A stretch of DNA of 64,000 nt. It comes from Felis catus. Lineage: Eukaryota. Shown piece by piece: positions 51,866 through 63,291 of the stretch. A program made the translations under genes and the position numbers. Location: assembly GCF_018350175.1 (NCBI RefSeq), contig NC_058368.1, forward strand, positions 153,452,001 through 153,516,000, in the 5' to 3' direction. Position 1 is the first letter of the stretch, and every line of letters starts with the position of its first letter. The notes under the pieces are model-generated. The model made no database searches and was not told the origin of the DNA. It worked only from the letters and a program-made list of their open reading frames with translations.

Positions 51866-52080
51866 AATTTTTTAAATGTTTATTGTTGAGAGAGAGAGAG
51901 AGAGATTGAGAGAGAGCGAGCGGGGAAGGGGCAGAGAGAGAGGAGACACAGAATCTGAAGCAGGCTTCAGGCTCTGAGCTGTCAGCACAGAGCCCAGTGG
52001 GGGGCTCGAAGTCACAAGCCAGGAGATCATGACCTGAGCCAAAGTCTGACACTTAATTGACTGAGCCACGCAGGCGCCCC
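51866..52080 (-). mobile_element. Can-SINE
   Basis: TSD tggagaaagtg(g/c)ttta (51850-51865 / 52081-52096). Confidence 0.97.
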
Positions 52081-52959
52081 TGGAGAAAGTGCTTTAGAAA
52101 TGATCCATTGACACTTCTCCACATCTGCCTTCACGCTTTGGATTATAGCATGTGGGACAGCACACTTCAAGGGAGGAAAGTGGCGGTGTTTACGGGAGTT
52201 CCATTTGCCTGGATCCCTGGTTTGCATTGATTTGCGGCATCAGGAACCAAAATCTCTGATCTTCATCCCTTACAGATCTTCATAAATTAACACCACCCAC
52301 CAAGTGCTTCAGTTACTCCTGATTCATGGAAAGAGAATGGGGCAAGAGATGAGGTGTGCTACCAGAGGTCTCTACCTGATACGAGGAGTCAGGGAGACCA
52401 GCTTCCATGAATAATGACTTGAAGGCCCCTATTCTTCATTTACCTTCAACTATTTGAAAATCCCATTTTCATCAAATAAAACTGGCTCTGTGAGTTGACT
52501 CTGGAGTGAAGGCTAGCATTTATATTTCTGCTTAAGGAGATGCTACACATCTGAACTTATCCACTTCCCAGCTATTGTCAAGGTTGTAAAGGCTGGTGAC
52601 TACTGAGTGCCTATTCCATGAAATTGTTCAGTGACTTACTTTGATTTGGAGTCTTGTTCAAAGTATCTTAAAGTCCGGTGGGGAGGGGTTATTAGTGAAA
52701 CCAGATGAGTCATTTCATGAACTCAATCATTGCTCCAAAGCAGAGAAAGGAGACATTAGAGCAGAAGAGGCGTACTGAGGGAATCTTCATGAAGGAGATA
52801 CACTTGAGTTATCCCTTGAAGGAGTATTCCAAAAGCAAAGGGAACAGCATGGGTAAAGTTACATGGTGTGGAGTATACACAGAATATTTGGGAATTGGGA
52901 AGACATTTGGCTGGTTGTGTATCTAGTAGAAGAAGGTTACCAAAGCAAATTACCAAACA

Positions 52960-53175
52960 TATTAAACACTTTATATAACACAAACTTTATGGTGCTTTTC
53001 ATACGTCATTTAATTTAATCTCTATGAGGTTGGGACTAGCTTGTTTCTTCAATGAGGAAGCTGAAACCTATGAAGGTTAAACAGTGTTTTCTGACCACAC
53101 AGGTAATATTTAAGACATAGGAATAACATGCAGATCTACTTGACTTCAGTTTTCATGCTCTTAACTTCTGCAGTG
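52960..53175 (-). mobile_element. MIR SINE
   Basis: tcatttaatttaatctctatgagg...caatgaggaagctgaaacctatgaaggttaa...gaccacacagg. Confidence 0.65.
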
Positions 53176-53507
53176 TGGTGAAGCCAAGGAGAGAAAGGCT
53201 GAATAGAGACAGGCTAAGGAATCTGTCCTTAGGTTTGCTCAGTTGCTCACAAGGAGGGAGAAAGCAAAAGGAGATTGTTATTATGCAGGATTGGTGCACT
53301 TGTGTGTTTAAAAAATTTTCCTGCACGTTGAATATTTATTATGAATCACCCACGTTGTACATTTGTAACATAAGGTATGGGTAAAGAACGTGAATAGAGC
53401 AAACACAAGCCTTGATTTGTATTTGTCTCATAGAGGCAAGAGAGACGAACCAATCGTCAGGTACTAAACACAATATAAAACTAAGTCTTCAAAAGAACAC
53501 ACAGGGT

Positions 53508-53741
53508 GGGGCGCCTGGGTGGCTCAGTCGGTTGAGCGTCCGATTTCAGCTCAGGTCACGATCTCGCGGTCCGTGAGTTTGAGCCCCGCGTCGGGGTCTG
53601 GGCTGATGGCTCAGAGCCTGGAGCCTGCTTCCGATTCTGTGTCTCCCTCTCTCTCTGCGCCTTCCCCGTTCATGCTCTGTCTTTCTCTGTGTCAAAAATA
53701 AATAAATGTTAAAAAATTTTTTTAAAAAAAATTAAAAAAAA
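53508..53741 (+). mobile_element. Can-SINE (young, CpG-rich)
   Basis: ggggcgcctgggtggctcagtcggttgagcgtccg...; acacacagg(g/c)t on both flanks. Confidence 0.97.
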
Positions 53742-53899
53742 CCCACACACACAGGCTGGTAGAAGCAGAGTCAGGTGAGGGCTTTGGATGCTTACATAGA
53801 AATAGGAGAAATAGGGAGATACTCATTGAAATAACCTCTCATTTACAACACAGCAATTTCTATTTTTACACTTAATTGCAATAGATTACCCAGTGTTCA

Positions 53900-53913
53900 C
53901 CACTAGATGTCAC
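53900..53913 (+). promoter_or_regulatory. CTCF-like core motif
   Basis: CCACTAGATGTCAC, one mismatch from CCACTAGATGGCAC, in non-repetitive sequence; motif match only. Confidence 0.5.
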
Positions 53914-54361
53914 TGTAAGACTAAAATTAAATTACTGCTTGGTGCTCCCCTGCGGCACCCTCCACCCATTTATTTTTCAGCGAATAAGTGGATTAAAAAG
54001 TATTAAGAAGGGGTACATTTAAAAGGGGGGGTGTTAAAAAATGAATGATATTATCCTAAGTACATCTTTTATTCTACTGCATTACTTTGGAGAACATTAT
54101 ATTGCAGAAAAAGAAAGTGATTCTCAATAAGTATCTGTTTGGGGCTAATATTTTAAATTAATTTTGGTTTAAAAATGTATTCATTCACCCCAAAGTAGGA
54201 TTTTAGTTTTAGACCTAGACTTTGGGTTGTCCATTTGAGATGGTATTTTAAATTGTGGTTTTAATCAAAAGAAAGCAGATGTTAGACATGTCCTGTGACT
54301 AGTGCTGTCCACATTTATGAGAACAGCATATCTTCAGTGTGATATGGTGTTTGTGAGATGT

Positions 54362-54450
54362 GCGCTTCCCCCGCCTATATTTTAGTTAGTTAACATACAG
54401 TGCAATATTGGTTTCATAAGTAGAATTCAGTGATTCATCACTTACATACA
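54362..54450 (-). mobile_element. Very short carnivore L1 3'-end insertion
   Basis: ttagttaacatacagtgcaatattggtttc...agtgattcatcactt, homologous to 42188-42245; tgagatgt on both flanks (54354 / 54451). Confidence 0.7.
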
Positions 54451-54686
54451 TGAGATGTTCTTTTGATTCTGTAGTTTCAGTGAGTTTAATAAAGGGAACT
54501 CAGCTATTCAAAGATAACTTGCTTTGTTAAATTTCACAGAATTTCATTGCCTAAATTATGTGATGAAGATTTTTCAAAAGACTCCAACTTCATTTTTTCC
54601 CCTTCCCTGCGATAGCCCTTGCATTAATACACAGATTTTACTTAGGGTAAAATATTAAGGATTTTGGATTTCTGATTTGATTTTTT

Positions 54687-54917
54687 TTTTTTTTAGAAAG
54701 CAGTTACTTTTTTTTTTTAACGTTTATTTATTTTTGAGACAGAGACACAGCATGAACAGGGGAGGAGCAGAGAGAGAGGGAGACACAGAATCTGAAACAG
54801 GCTCCAGGCTCTGAGCCGTCAGCACAGAGCCCAACGCGGGGCTCGAACTCACGGACTGTGAGATCATGACCTGAACCGAAGTCGGAGGCTTAACCGACCG
54901 AGCCACCCAGGCGCTCC
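54687..54917 (-). mobile_element. Can-SINE with a double A tail
   Basis: TSD ctgatttga(t/c)ttttt (54672-54686 / 54918-54932); T14, 13-nt spacer, T11. Confidence 0.96.
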
Positions 54918-55987
54918 CTGATTTGACTTTTTAATATTTCAAAATGTTAATATCGCTCTGTCCCTGCTCAGATACACGAATCCCTTCTCTCCTTCCTTCC
55001 ATTTCCTGCTATTCTTTGCTCTTCACCTGTCTGGCTCGCTGGTGGAACACTTCCATTGCAGTGGCCTCTCTACTCTGCCCACATGAGTAGTGTGAGTGCT
55101 TTCTTCTTATTCACTCTTGTAAATTTAGTTTGTCATGTGGTCTTATCCTTTTCTTATCGGTTTTCTTTCATAGCATCTTTCATTAACCTTTGATAACAAT
55201 AAAGAAGATAAACACAACAATAGTTTATTTCATCTATTTACCTTTCATATCATATTTGTGCCTACGTGACACCAAAATGACTGGCTGACAAACTAATTTA
55301 GGCCAGCTGCTAGTTTTTACAACTTCTGGTCAAACACATGGGTTGATACTTATTCCCAGTGAAAAGACTGAATATTTGGATTCATGTGGAATTAGCCTTT
55401 TTTGAAAGTTTCCTAATTTTTAATTGTTACTACCTGCTGGTTGTTCCATCCATTTCCTACTGCCTGTAGGGGAGTTTCTTTCTTACGGTTCTGAATTTTT
55501 AGGACTGCACAGGACATGAGAATAGGGCTTCTCATCAAGGCTATTGTTCAAGTTTGCTATTACACAGAGTTTTCTTTTTTGCAAGCATACATAGGAAGAA
55601 ACCAATATACCTGAGATCTAGATATCGGTTAGTATAGTTATAGATATAGATTAATAGATTAATATAGATTAATATAGATACAGATTAATCTCTCCCCTCT
55701 TTTTGCAAAACCTCACTTTGTGCCAAAAGGCTACATTAAAAATTTTCCTTCCATATAGTCTACATGCAGAAGTTCTACAGAGATGACACATACAAATTAT
55801 GCAACTTCTCTCTTTTTTTTTTTTTAAGGTTGGAGTAAATGAATGTTGGCATTTAGCTGTTGTCAGTATTTTTACCCCAGGGATATTTAGCAGGAACAAG
55901 AATCAGTACCCCAAATATGATTTCTGCCATATAAGTACACACTTTTTTTTCTTAGTCCTAGAGACGTCATTTCACCTAACATTTTGC

Positions 55988-56202
55988 TTTTTTTTTATGT
56001 TTTTATTTTTGAAGGAGAGAGAGGGAGAGAGAGAGACAGAGCATGAGTGGGGGAGGAACAGAGACGAGAGGGAGACACAGAATTCGAAGCAGGCTCCAAG
56101 CTGTCAGCACAGAGCCTGATGTGGGGCTCGGACTCATGAACTGTGAGATCATGACCTGAGCTGAAGTCGGAGGCTTAACTGACTGAGCCACCCAGGCACC
56201 CC
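55988..56202 (-). mobile_element. Can-SINE
   Basis: TSD ctaacattttgc (55976-55987 / 56203-56214). Confidence 0.97.
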
Positions 56203-56435
56203 CTAACATTTTGCTTTTTTTAGGTGTGGCCAGTGCTGGCTTGTTAGCGAGCCTGATTATCTGACCAGTCAGCTTGAAACTGCCTTCTTTCTTCTAAAAT
56301 AAGAGGGAATAAGTTTTGAATGTTTTATCAATAATCAAATAACCAATATGCAGAATATACAGGAAACATGAAAGCTATGACCAATAGTATACAAAAGAGA
56401 AATAATTAAGAAATCACACAGTAAAGTCAGCCAGC

Positions 56436-56598
56436 TATTTTATTTTTTTGAGAGAGAGAGTGGGGGAGGGAGAGGGAGAGGGAGAGAGAAGCTTAAGCAG
56501 CCTCCACGTCCAGCATGGAGCCCAACACGAGGCTCAATCTCACGTTGAGATCATGACCTGAGCCCAAATCAACACTCAGACGCTTAATTGCCTGAGCC
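56436..56598 (-). mobile_element. Can-SINE, 5'-truncated
   Basis: gagatcatgacctgagcccaaatcaacactcagacgcttaattgcctgagcc; head missing. Confidence 0.88.
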
Positions 56599-56708
56599 TG
56601 TTATTAAGTCTTCTTTAGACACCTTAGAGTAAAACAGACCAATTACAATTTCTGTTGGAATGAATCCATCTAGTAGAGACTCCTGTCAACATTCAGGGAA
56701 CTCTAGGT

Positions 56709-56883
56709 CATTGTGGCTCAAAGCGTGGCCCACAGACCAGCAGCATCAGCGTCACTGAGGACCCTTTGAGAAATGTAGACTCTCAAACCCCATTCCAGAC
56801 CTACTGAATCCTAAGTAGCAGTGCAGCAAGATATCCAGGTGATTCTCATACCTGGTGATTCTATTACGGTTTGAGAAACACTG
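56709..56883. mobile_element. MER5B-like hAT-Charlie element
   Basis: ctcaaagcgtggcccacagaccagcagcatcagcgtcac...ccagacctactgaatc...gtttgagaaacactg; 8-bp TSD-like ctctaggt / gtgtaggt. Confidence 0.8.
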
Positions 56884-57325
56884 GTGTAGGTCATGGTTAG
56901 AATTAAGACTGCCTTATCTGTTTAATTCATTTGCTTCAAGTTTTGAATACTGGAGTCCTTCTTCTTTCTCCTCCTCCTCCTTTTTATTTGTTTTCATAAA
57001 ACATTTTGGAGAATATTGTTAAAGAAAGAAGTTTCAAAATTTTTTTGAGACAACAGAAAAAAAAAGGCACTTTTCCCAGGTCTAGATTGTGATTCACTGA
57101 AAGGGAAAATATAAAATAGCTCCAAGTGCTTTGAGTAGCTAATACATTGCTTGAACATTGTTCTGTATCTGACTTCGTTCCCCAAATAAAACAATTAGAC
57201 AAAAAACTCCCATTAAATTCATATTCTTTAACTTCTTATTGTGTTTCCTGTCCCTTCCAACTGTGAAATGACTTCTTCAGTCTCTTGCTCCCATGCCTCA
57301 CCTCTCTCCCCCCCCCCCGTTCCAG

Positions 57326-57538
57326 GTGGTAACAGTTTATGGAGCATGTTGCTGTGTTAATACCTTGTTAGGGTGGTTTCAGCTGTTGGGTCTTTGAGAC
57401 GTCAATGTCAGGACTATTTTACTATAAACCCTTGACGGGGAGGGAAAATCTGGGACGTGCCGAACCTGTACCTTCTCACACTACAGGAAGCTGTACAACT
57501 ATAGACGTCTCTTCCCATGATGCCGTGTTGCTGGCTGG
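57326..57538 (+). other. Candidate internal exon (213 nt) of the unidentified host gene, probably 5' UTR
   Basis: Branch-like ctcac, long pyrimidine tract and ccag|G acceptor; donor TGG|GTAAGT; non-repetitive and locally CpG-enriched; all three frames entering from the acceptor hit stops; possible alternative acceptor at 57383. Confidence 0.65.
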
Positions 57539-59274
57539 GTAAGTAATTAGAACTATTCTGCTTCTAGTCAAATAATTAGGACAATTTTAAAATTTATTTA
57601 AAATTGTTACTGGGCTAGACATGGCATCACAGGGTTCTGATAGTATTTGAAAATTTAGTATAGTCAGGCATAGGGGATGAATATTATAACCTTTATTTTT
57701 AACAAGTGACACATTTTAGAATTTACGACAAAGAAAAATAGAAAAACTTTTTCTCCAGTTTTATCATACCAACATATTGTTTAAAATTGTCTAACTAGAT
57801 TAGGATCTTTTAGTTTGGCAGTCGATGTTTTAGAGTTTAAAAATAGCATTTTAAAATATAACATTAAGAGTAAAGCATGGAATTGTGGAATCATTCTGTT
57901 GTACACCTGAAACTAATATAAAGCTGTATGTTAATTATACTTGAATTAAAAAGATAAAAAATAACATTTTACATATTAAAATTTAAAAATTGCAGCATAA
58001 TTAGTTGAAAGCAATTTTTTTCTTTGTTTAAAAAACCTACATTGTTCAGATCATCAACTCAGGAAAGAAGGATAAAAACATTTTCATGGTTCGAATCTAA
58101 TATAATCCAGTTTCATCCCAAATGCAGTGTATTTAATTTTTTTTTCTCCACAAAGGAAAATGTAGTGTGAAACGTGTTTTTCTTTTTGTTTTGTTTTTTT
58201 TCCACACTCTTTTTTGGTTAATTTAAACATGCAATTTGGTCAATTTTTACTCTTGCTTGCAAGGTTAACTATAGGTCAGCCTTGTTTGTTTCTTTAATAT
58301 TGACTTAACTCTGACTGCTGTTGACATTTTTTAAGGTCTATTTCTTTTAATACTACATAATTTAAGGGGAGAAAATCAGGACTAATTAGTTGTTAATGAG
58401 AAACACGTATAATGAGAAACAAATGTAACATTAATGTCATGTACAATGTATATCTGTGGTTTAAAAGGTAGGAACACGGTCATTATTCAAAATTAGGGAA
58501 TAAAATCATTGTAATAATTACTAGCAGATGTGTTGTAACTTGTGTAGCAAGTCAAGATTTCTTTAGATGAAGTGTTGCAGCCTTTGATAGTATGCATTTG
58601 ATGTGGTTTTTTTTGGAAGGGCTTATACATTTTTTAATCAAAATCTTTTTTAATCCAGCTGCCTGGCATCTATAGAAGCTTGGAAAAAATTTAAGCTAAT
58701 GTTCTGCACAACTTTGTTATTTCCTCAGCAGCCCAGAGATGGTTGTTGACACTCCGTGATGTTTGGCTGTGGCAGCCCATTATTCTGCCAGGTTGCCATA
58801 TGCTCATGGTCTAAGGAGCATCCTGTGAGTCCAAACTTGCAGGCTTACAATTGTGTGTTCACTACTAGAGACTGCTGAACTCCACACAGGTGCGGGATGA
58901 CCTCCCAGATTCCCGGCACACCTGAGGCTGAGCGTCTGGACCCACTGGTTCTTAGCCTTGTGTGTGTGCGTGCATTCTGTGACGCTGAGCAACATCTCAG
59001 GTTCGAACAATAGTCTTTCCACTTCAGGGAAGTCTAGATGGAGGCAACTCTGAAACGTCATCCTGTGAAAACATTGCATGAAAAGGACTATGTGTCTTGG
59101 CTGGGGTGGTGAAAATGTGAGGATGAGGGTGAGAAGAGCAAGGAAGGGAAGACAAATGGTGAAACACCCCCCCTCCCCCAAAAAATAGCACCAGGTGTGA
59201 GGATTTAACCCTCAAACTTTTGAATGGTTTCTACCCAAGTAGGTGATAGTAATAAGCATAGTTATAGTCCCGTT

Positions 59275-59435
59275 CATCCATCCATCCATCCATCCATCCA
59301 TCCATCCAAACAACCAACCAACCAACCAACCAACAGATATTTATCAAGTGTACTCTAAGTGTTGGAGCAGAAGTTAAAGCAGTAGATAAAACATAGGCAG
59401 TCTCTACTCTCATGAGACTTATGTTCTAGTGAATA
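59275..59435 (-). mobile_element. L2 3' end with (TCCA)n(ACCA)n tail repeat
   Basis: catccatcc...caaccaacagatatttatcaagtgtact...ctcatgagacttatgttctagtg. Confidence 0.8.
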
Positions 59436-59851
59436 ATAATATCTAGTATTATTCAGGCTTATTATATTCTAAACATACTTCTAATTATTTTAAATATGGT
59501 ATGTCATTTAATCCTCATAAATTGTTCTAATTGAACAGACAATAAGAAAAGTCTTTAAAATATGCCATCACTAATAGTAAACATGAAACCCCATCCTTCT
59601 AGAAATAGGTACTTGTTAGAAAAATGTTTTTGATTGTTTTAATCAAATAAACATTCAAGCTACTGGAAGAAATATGTAGAGATCAGTTAAAGTGTAAGAA
59701 AACATTATATATGTTACATATAAAATATATATATATATAAATAAATACTATAATATATAAATAAATGTTACATATAAAAATATATGTATGTAAACATTAC
59801 GTGTAAATGTATATATGTAAAGAGAAATATCTCCAATATAATGTTAAAATT

Positions 59852-60066
59852 CTTTAAAAAATTTTTTAAAATGTTTATTTATTATTAAGAGACAGAGAGC
59901 ATGAGCATGAGAGGGGCAGAGAGAGGAGGAGACAGAGAATCTGAAGCAGGCTCCAGGCTCTGAGCTGTTAGCACAGAGCCTGACGCGGGGCTTGAACTCA
60001 CAAACCACGACATCATGACCTGATCCGAAGTTGAATGCTTAACTGACTGAGCCACCCAGGTGCCCC
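59852..60066 (-). mobile_element. Can-SINE
   Basis: TSD ataat(g/a)ttaaaatt (59838-59851 / 60067-60080). Confidence 0.97.
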
Positions 60067-60189
60067 ATAATATTAAAATTAATTCTAATAAAACAAATTT
60101 AAGGGGAAGGGCAAGCCTCAGAGTATATATAGAGAGTATGTTTTACACTTATGTTGGAACCAGTTACTAATGGAATCCTAGTAAAGGAT

Positions 60190-60382
60190 ACTTTTTTCAA
60201 AGTTTTGGTAAATGGACCACTTACATCAGAGTCACCTGGATGTTTGCTAAAATTGCCAGTGGGGTGGCATTTCTTTAGACACAGTGTATACGAATAGCTG
60301 GAGGCAGGGCTCAGGAATCTGCATTTTTCACCCAATCTCTAGGTGATTCGTATTCATTCACATTATAGTTTGAGAACCACTG
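60190..60382. mobile_element. MER5-like hAT element
   Basis: catcagagtcacctggatgtttgctaaaa...caggaatctgcattttt...aggtgattc...agtttgagaaccactg. Confidence 0.75.
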
Positions 60383-60849
60383 ATAAAGAGTATCATTTTC
60401 ATGGTCTAGTATTTCACATGATATCTATTTGACATTCTCAAAAGTTATATTGTCAGCTGGTGAACATCTGTCTATAATTCTAACATGAGCATTAATAGTA
60501 CATAAAAACATACAGTATCCATTAATGTTGAACAAGGTATGTGTTCTCTGGCATTATGAAACCTAGAATACAGTGTTTCTTTCTATGTGTTATGTCTGAA
60601 CCAGTGGCATAAATTTCATTTTTTGTCTAACTTTATCTCTGATGGATGTTGTCTGATTTATGCTATCCAATGCTTTTTTGTTGGCTCCTGCTTTTTCAGT
60701 ATATCTTCAATCTGCTCTCTAACTTTCTTTCTTTAAAGTTATTTTGAAAATAATTGTTTTTATAAGAGTAAGGACAACTAATTACTAATCGACTCATAAT
60801 CTGGATCATTGCATTATTAAATATACATATTTTTCTTTTTATTCAAATA

Positions 60850-61215
60850 ACAGTGGCCTAAGGTAACAATGTTAAAATCTCAGTGGCTTGCCACACGTGA
60901 AACTAAGTTCTCGCTTATGCTAGTAGCCTAATGAGAGTGTGTGTGGCATTGCTTCTCACTGTTGCGAAGCATCATAAGCTCAAGGAGGCTCTGCTTCTTG
61001 AAGCTGCACTGCTGAAATATGTGGCTTCTTTGATGAAGGTTGAGAGTTGAGGTGTCCCATATGGACTTTGAAATGCTTTGGTCCAGAAGATGCCCATACC
61101 ACTTTACCATTTCCTTCCACAGACCCATAACCATGGGTCATGTGGCATTACCTAGCAAGAGGGGGGCAGGGAAGTGTGAGGGAGCATTTGTGTATTGGTG
61201 GGCAATAACATGCTT
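60850..61215 (-). mobile_element. MaLR LTR (MLT1I/J-like)
   Basis: aaaatctcagtggctt...gtcatgtggcattacctagcaagaggggggcagggaagtgtgagggagca. Confidence 0.6.
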
Positions 61216-61380
61216 GCTGTATTTTTGTACCTTTAGATTTCTGGTTTATTTCCACACTGGTATGAATGAAGTAGATGTGGGTTATTGTATTTCATTTAAC
61301 CAGGATGGAGGCAGAAAGAAGACACCTTTGTTAAAATACATTGTTATTTGTGTCAGTAAAACAGTGAAAATAATTTTCTT

Positions 61381-61582
61381 TTTCTAAAGTTTATTTTTGA
61401 GGTGGCGGGGGGAGGGACAGAGAGAGAGAGAGGCAGGGGGGTGGACACAGAATCTGAAACAGGCTCTAGGCTCTGAGCTGTCAAGACAGAGCCCAATGTG
61501 GGGCTTGAACTCTTAAAGGCGAGGCAAGATCATGACCTGAGCTGAAGTCTGACGACTTCAACTTGAGCCATCTAGGTGCCCC
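61381..61582 (-). mobile_element. Can-SINE
   Basis: Body motifs; TSD-like tgaaaa(t/c)aatttt at 61365 and 61583. Confidence 0.93.
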
Positions 61583-61740
61583 TGAAAACAATTTTTCTTA
61601 AGCCCCTGTGGTAAGGTACTATAAAAAAATACACATGATGTGTAAGACACAGAAGGAGAAAAATTGTCATGCAAAGAGAAACAGAATACTTGACCAAATG
61701 TGACCCAAGTGATAATTTTTAATCCAACAAAAACTTTTTA

Positions 61741-61910
61741 TTTGAATTTGAGAGGGGTAGGGAGAGAGGTAGAGGGAGACAGAGAGAATACCAGTAGTCT
61801 CCAAGTTCAGTATGGAGCCCAACTCAAGGCTTGATCCTATACCCTGGGATCATTACCTGAGCTGAAATCAATAGTTCAGTGCTCAACTGACTGAGCCATC
61901 CAGGTGCCCC
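61741..61910 (-). mobile_element. Can-SINE
   Basis: 16-bp TSD caacaaaaacttttta (61725-61740 / 61911-61926). Confidence 0.92.
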
Positions 61911-61926
61911 CAACAAAAACTTTTTA

Positions 61927-62531
61927 TTTTTTTAATTTTAATTTTTTAATGTTTATTTTATTTTTTATGAATATAATTTATTGTCAAATTGGCTTACATA
62001 CAACACCCAGTGCTCATTCCAACAAATGCCCTCCTCAATGCCCATCACCCACTTTCCCCTCTCCCCCACCCCCCACCCACCCTCAGTTTGTTTTCTGTAT
62101 TTAAAAGTGTTTTGTGGTTTGCCTCCCTCCCTCTCTGTTTGTAACTATTTTTTTACCCTTCCCTTTCCCCCCTGGTCTTCTGTTAAGTTTCTCAAGATCC
62201 ACATATGAGTGAAAACATATGATATCTGTCCTTTTCTGATTGACTTACTTCACTCAGCATAATACCTTCCAGTTCCATCCACATTGCTCCAAATGGCATG
62301 ATTTCATTCTTTCTCATTGCTAAGTAGTATTCCATTGTATATATAAACCACATCTTCTTTATCCATTCATCAGTTGATGGACATTTAGGCTCTTTCCATA
62401 ATTTGGCTAGTTTAAAGGGCTGCTATAAACACTGGGGTACACATGCCCCTATGCATCAGCACTCCTGTATCCCTTGGGTAAATTCCTAGCAGTGCTAATG
62501 CTGGGTCATAGGGTAGTTCTATTTTCAATTG
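61927..62531 (-). mobile_element. Felid L1, 5'-truncated (~0.6 kb)
   Basis: Colinear with the L1 3' end at 33843-34410; 14-bp TSD acaaaaacttttta (61913-61926 / 62532-62545). Confidence 0.95.
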
Positions 62532-62843
62532 ACAAAAACTTTTTAACAGCATGGCAATGCTAACAAAAAGGCATATTGGATAGGCACTACAAGAACCTGC
62601 ATAAGATAGTTAATGAGTACTTTTTATAAAACTACCCTGTTGCGTGAGCACAAGTTATAGCAGTGAATAAAACAAAGTCCCTGATCTCCTGGAACTTAGC
62701 TTTAAAGCATAATAATGGCTAACCTGTATTTAGGCTTACTGTTAGTACTCTTGTTACTTATTTACATATTTCGTTTCATCCTTGTAACAATCTCATGAGG
62801 TTGTAATTTTTTTCACCCATCTACTGATTTAATAGAAGGTTTC

Positions 62844-63203
62844 TTTTTTTTAATTGTATTTTTTAAATTTACATCCAAATTGGTTAGCACATAGTGCAAC
62901 ACTGATTTCAGGAGTAGATTCCTTCATGCCCCTTACCCATTTAGCCCACCCCCCCACACCCCCTCCAGTAACCCTCAGTTCTCCATATTTAAGAGTATCT
63001 CATGTTTTGTCCCCCTCCCTGTTTTTATATTATTTTTTGCTTCCCTTCTCTTATGTTCATCTGTTCTGTGACTTAAAGTCCTCATATGAGTAAGCTCATA
63101 TATTTTCCTTTCTCTAATTTCTCTTAGCATAATACTCTCTAGTTCCATCCATGTAATTGCAAATGGCAAGATTTAATTCTTTTTGATTGCCGAGTAATAC
63201 TGC

Positions 63204-63291
<88 letters not shown>

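Noticed and set aside
55630..55692. Degenerate tagattaata tandem units
   Set aside because: Short AT-rich slippage repeat with no further structure
1839..56209. Recurrent ~60-70 aa ORFs beginning MAQSV.. / MAQLV.. / MARSV.. (e.g. 1839, 24718, 29635, 39438, 51872, 53519, 54724)
   Set aside because: All are translations of Can-SINE bodies, not a gene family
1828..61910. tRNA genes suggested by A/B-box motifs (tggctcagtcgg, gttcgagccc)
   Set aside because: These are the tRNA-derived heads of SINEs, with (CT)n, A tails and TSDs
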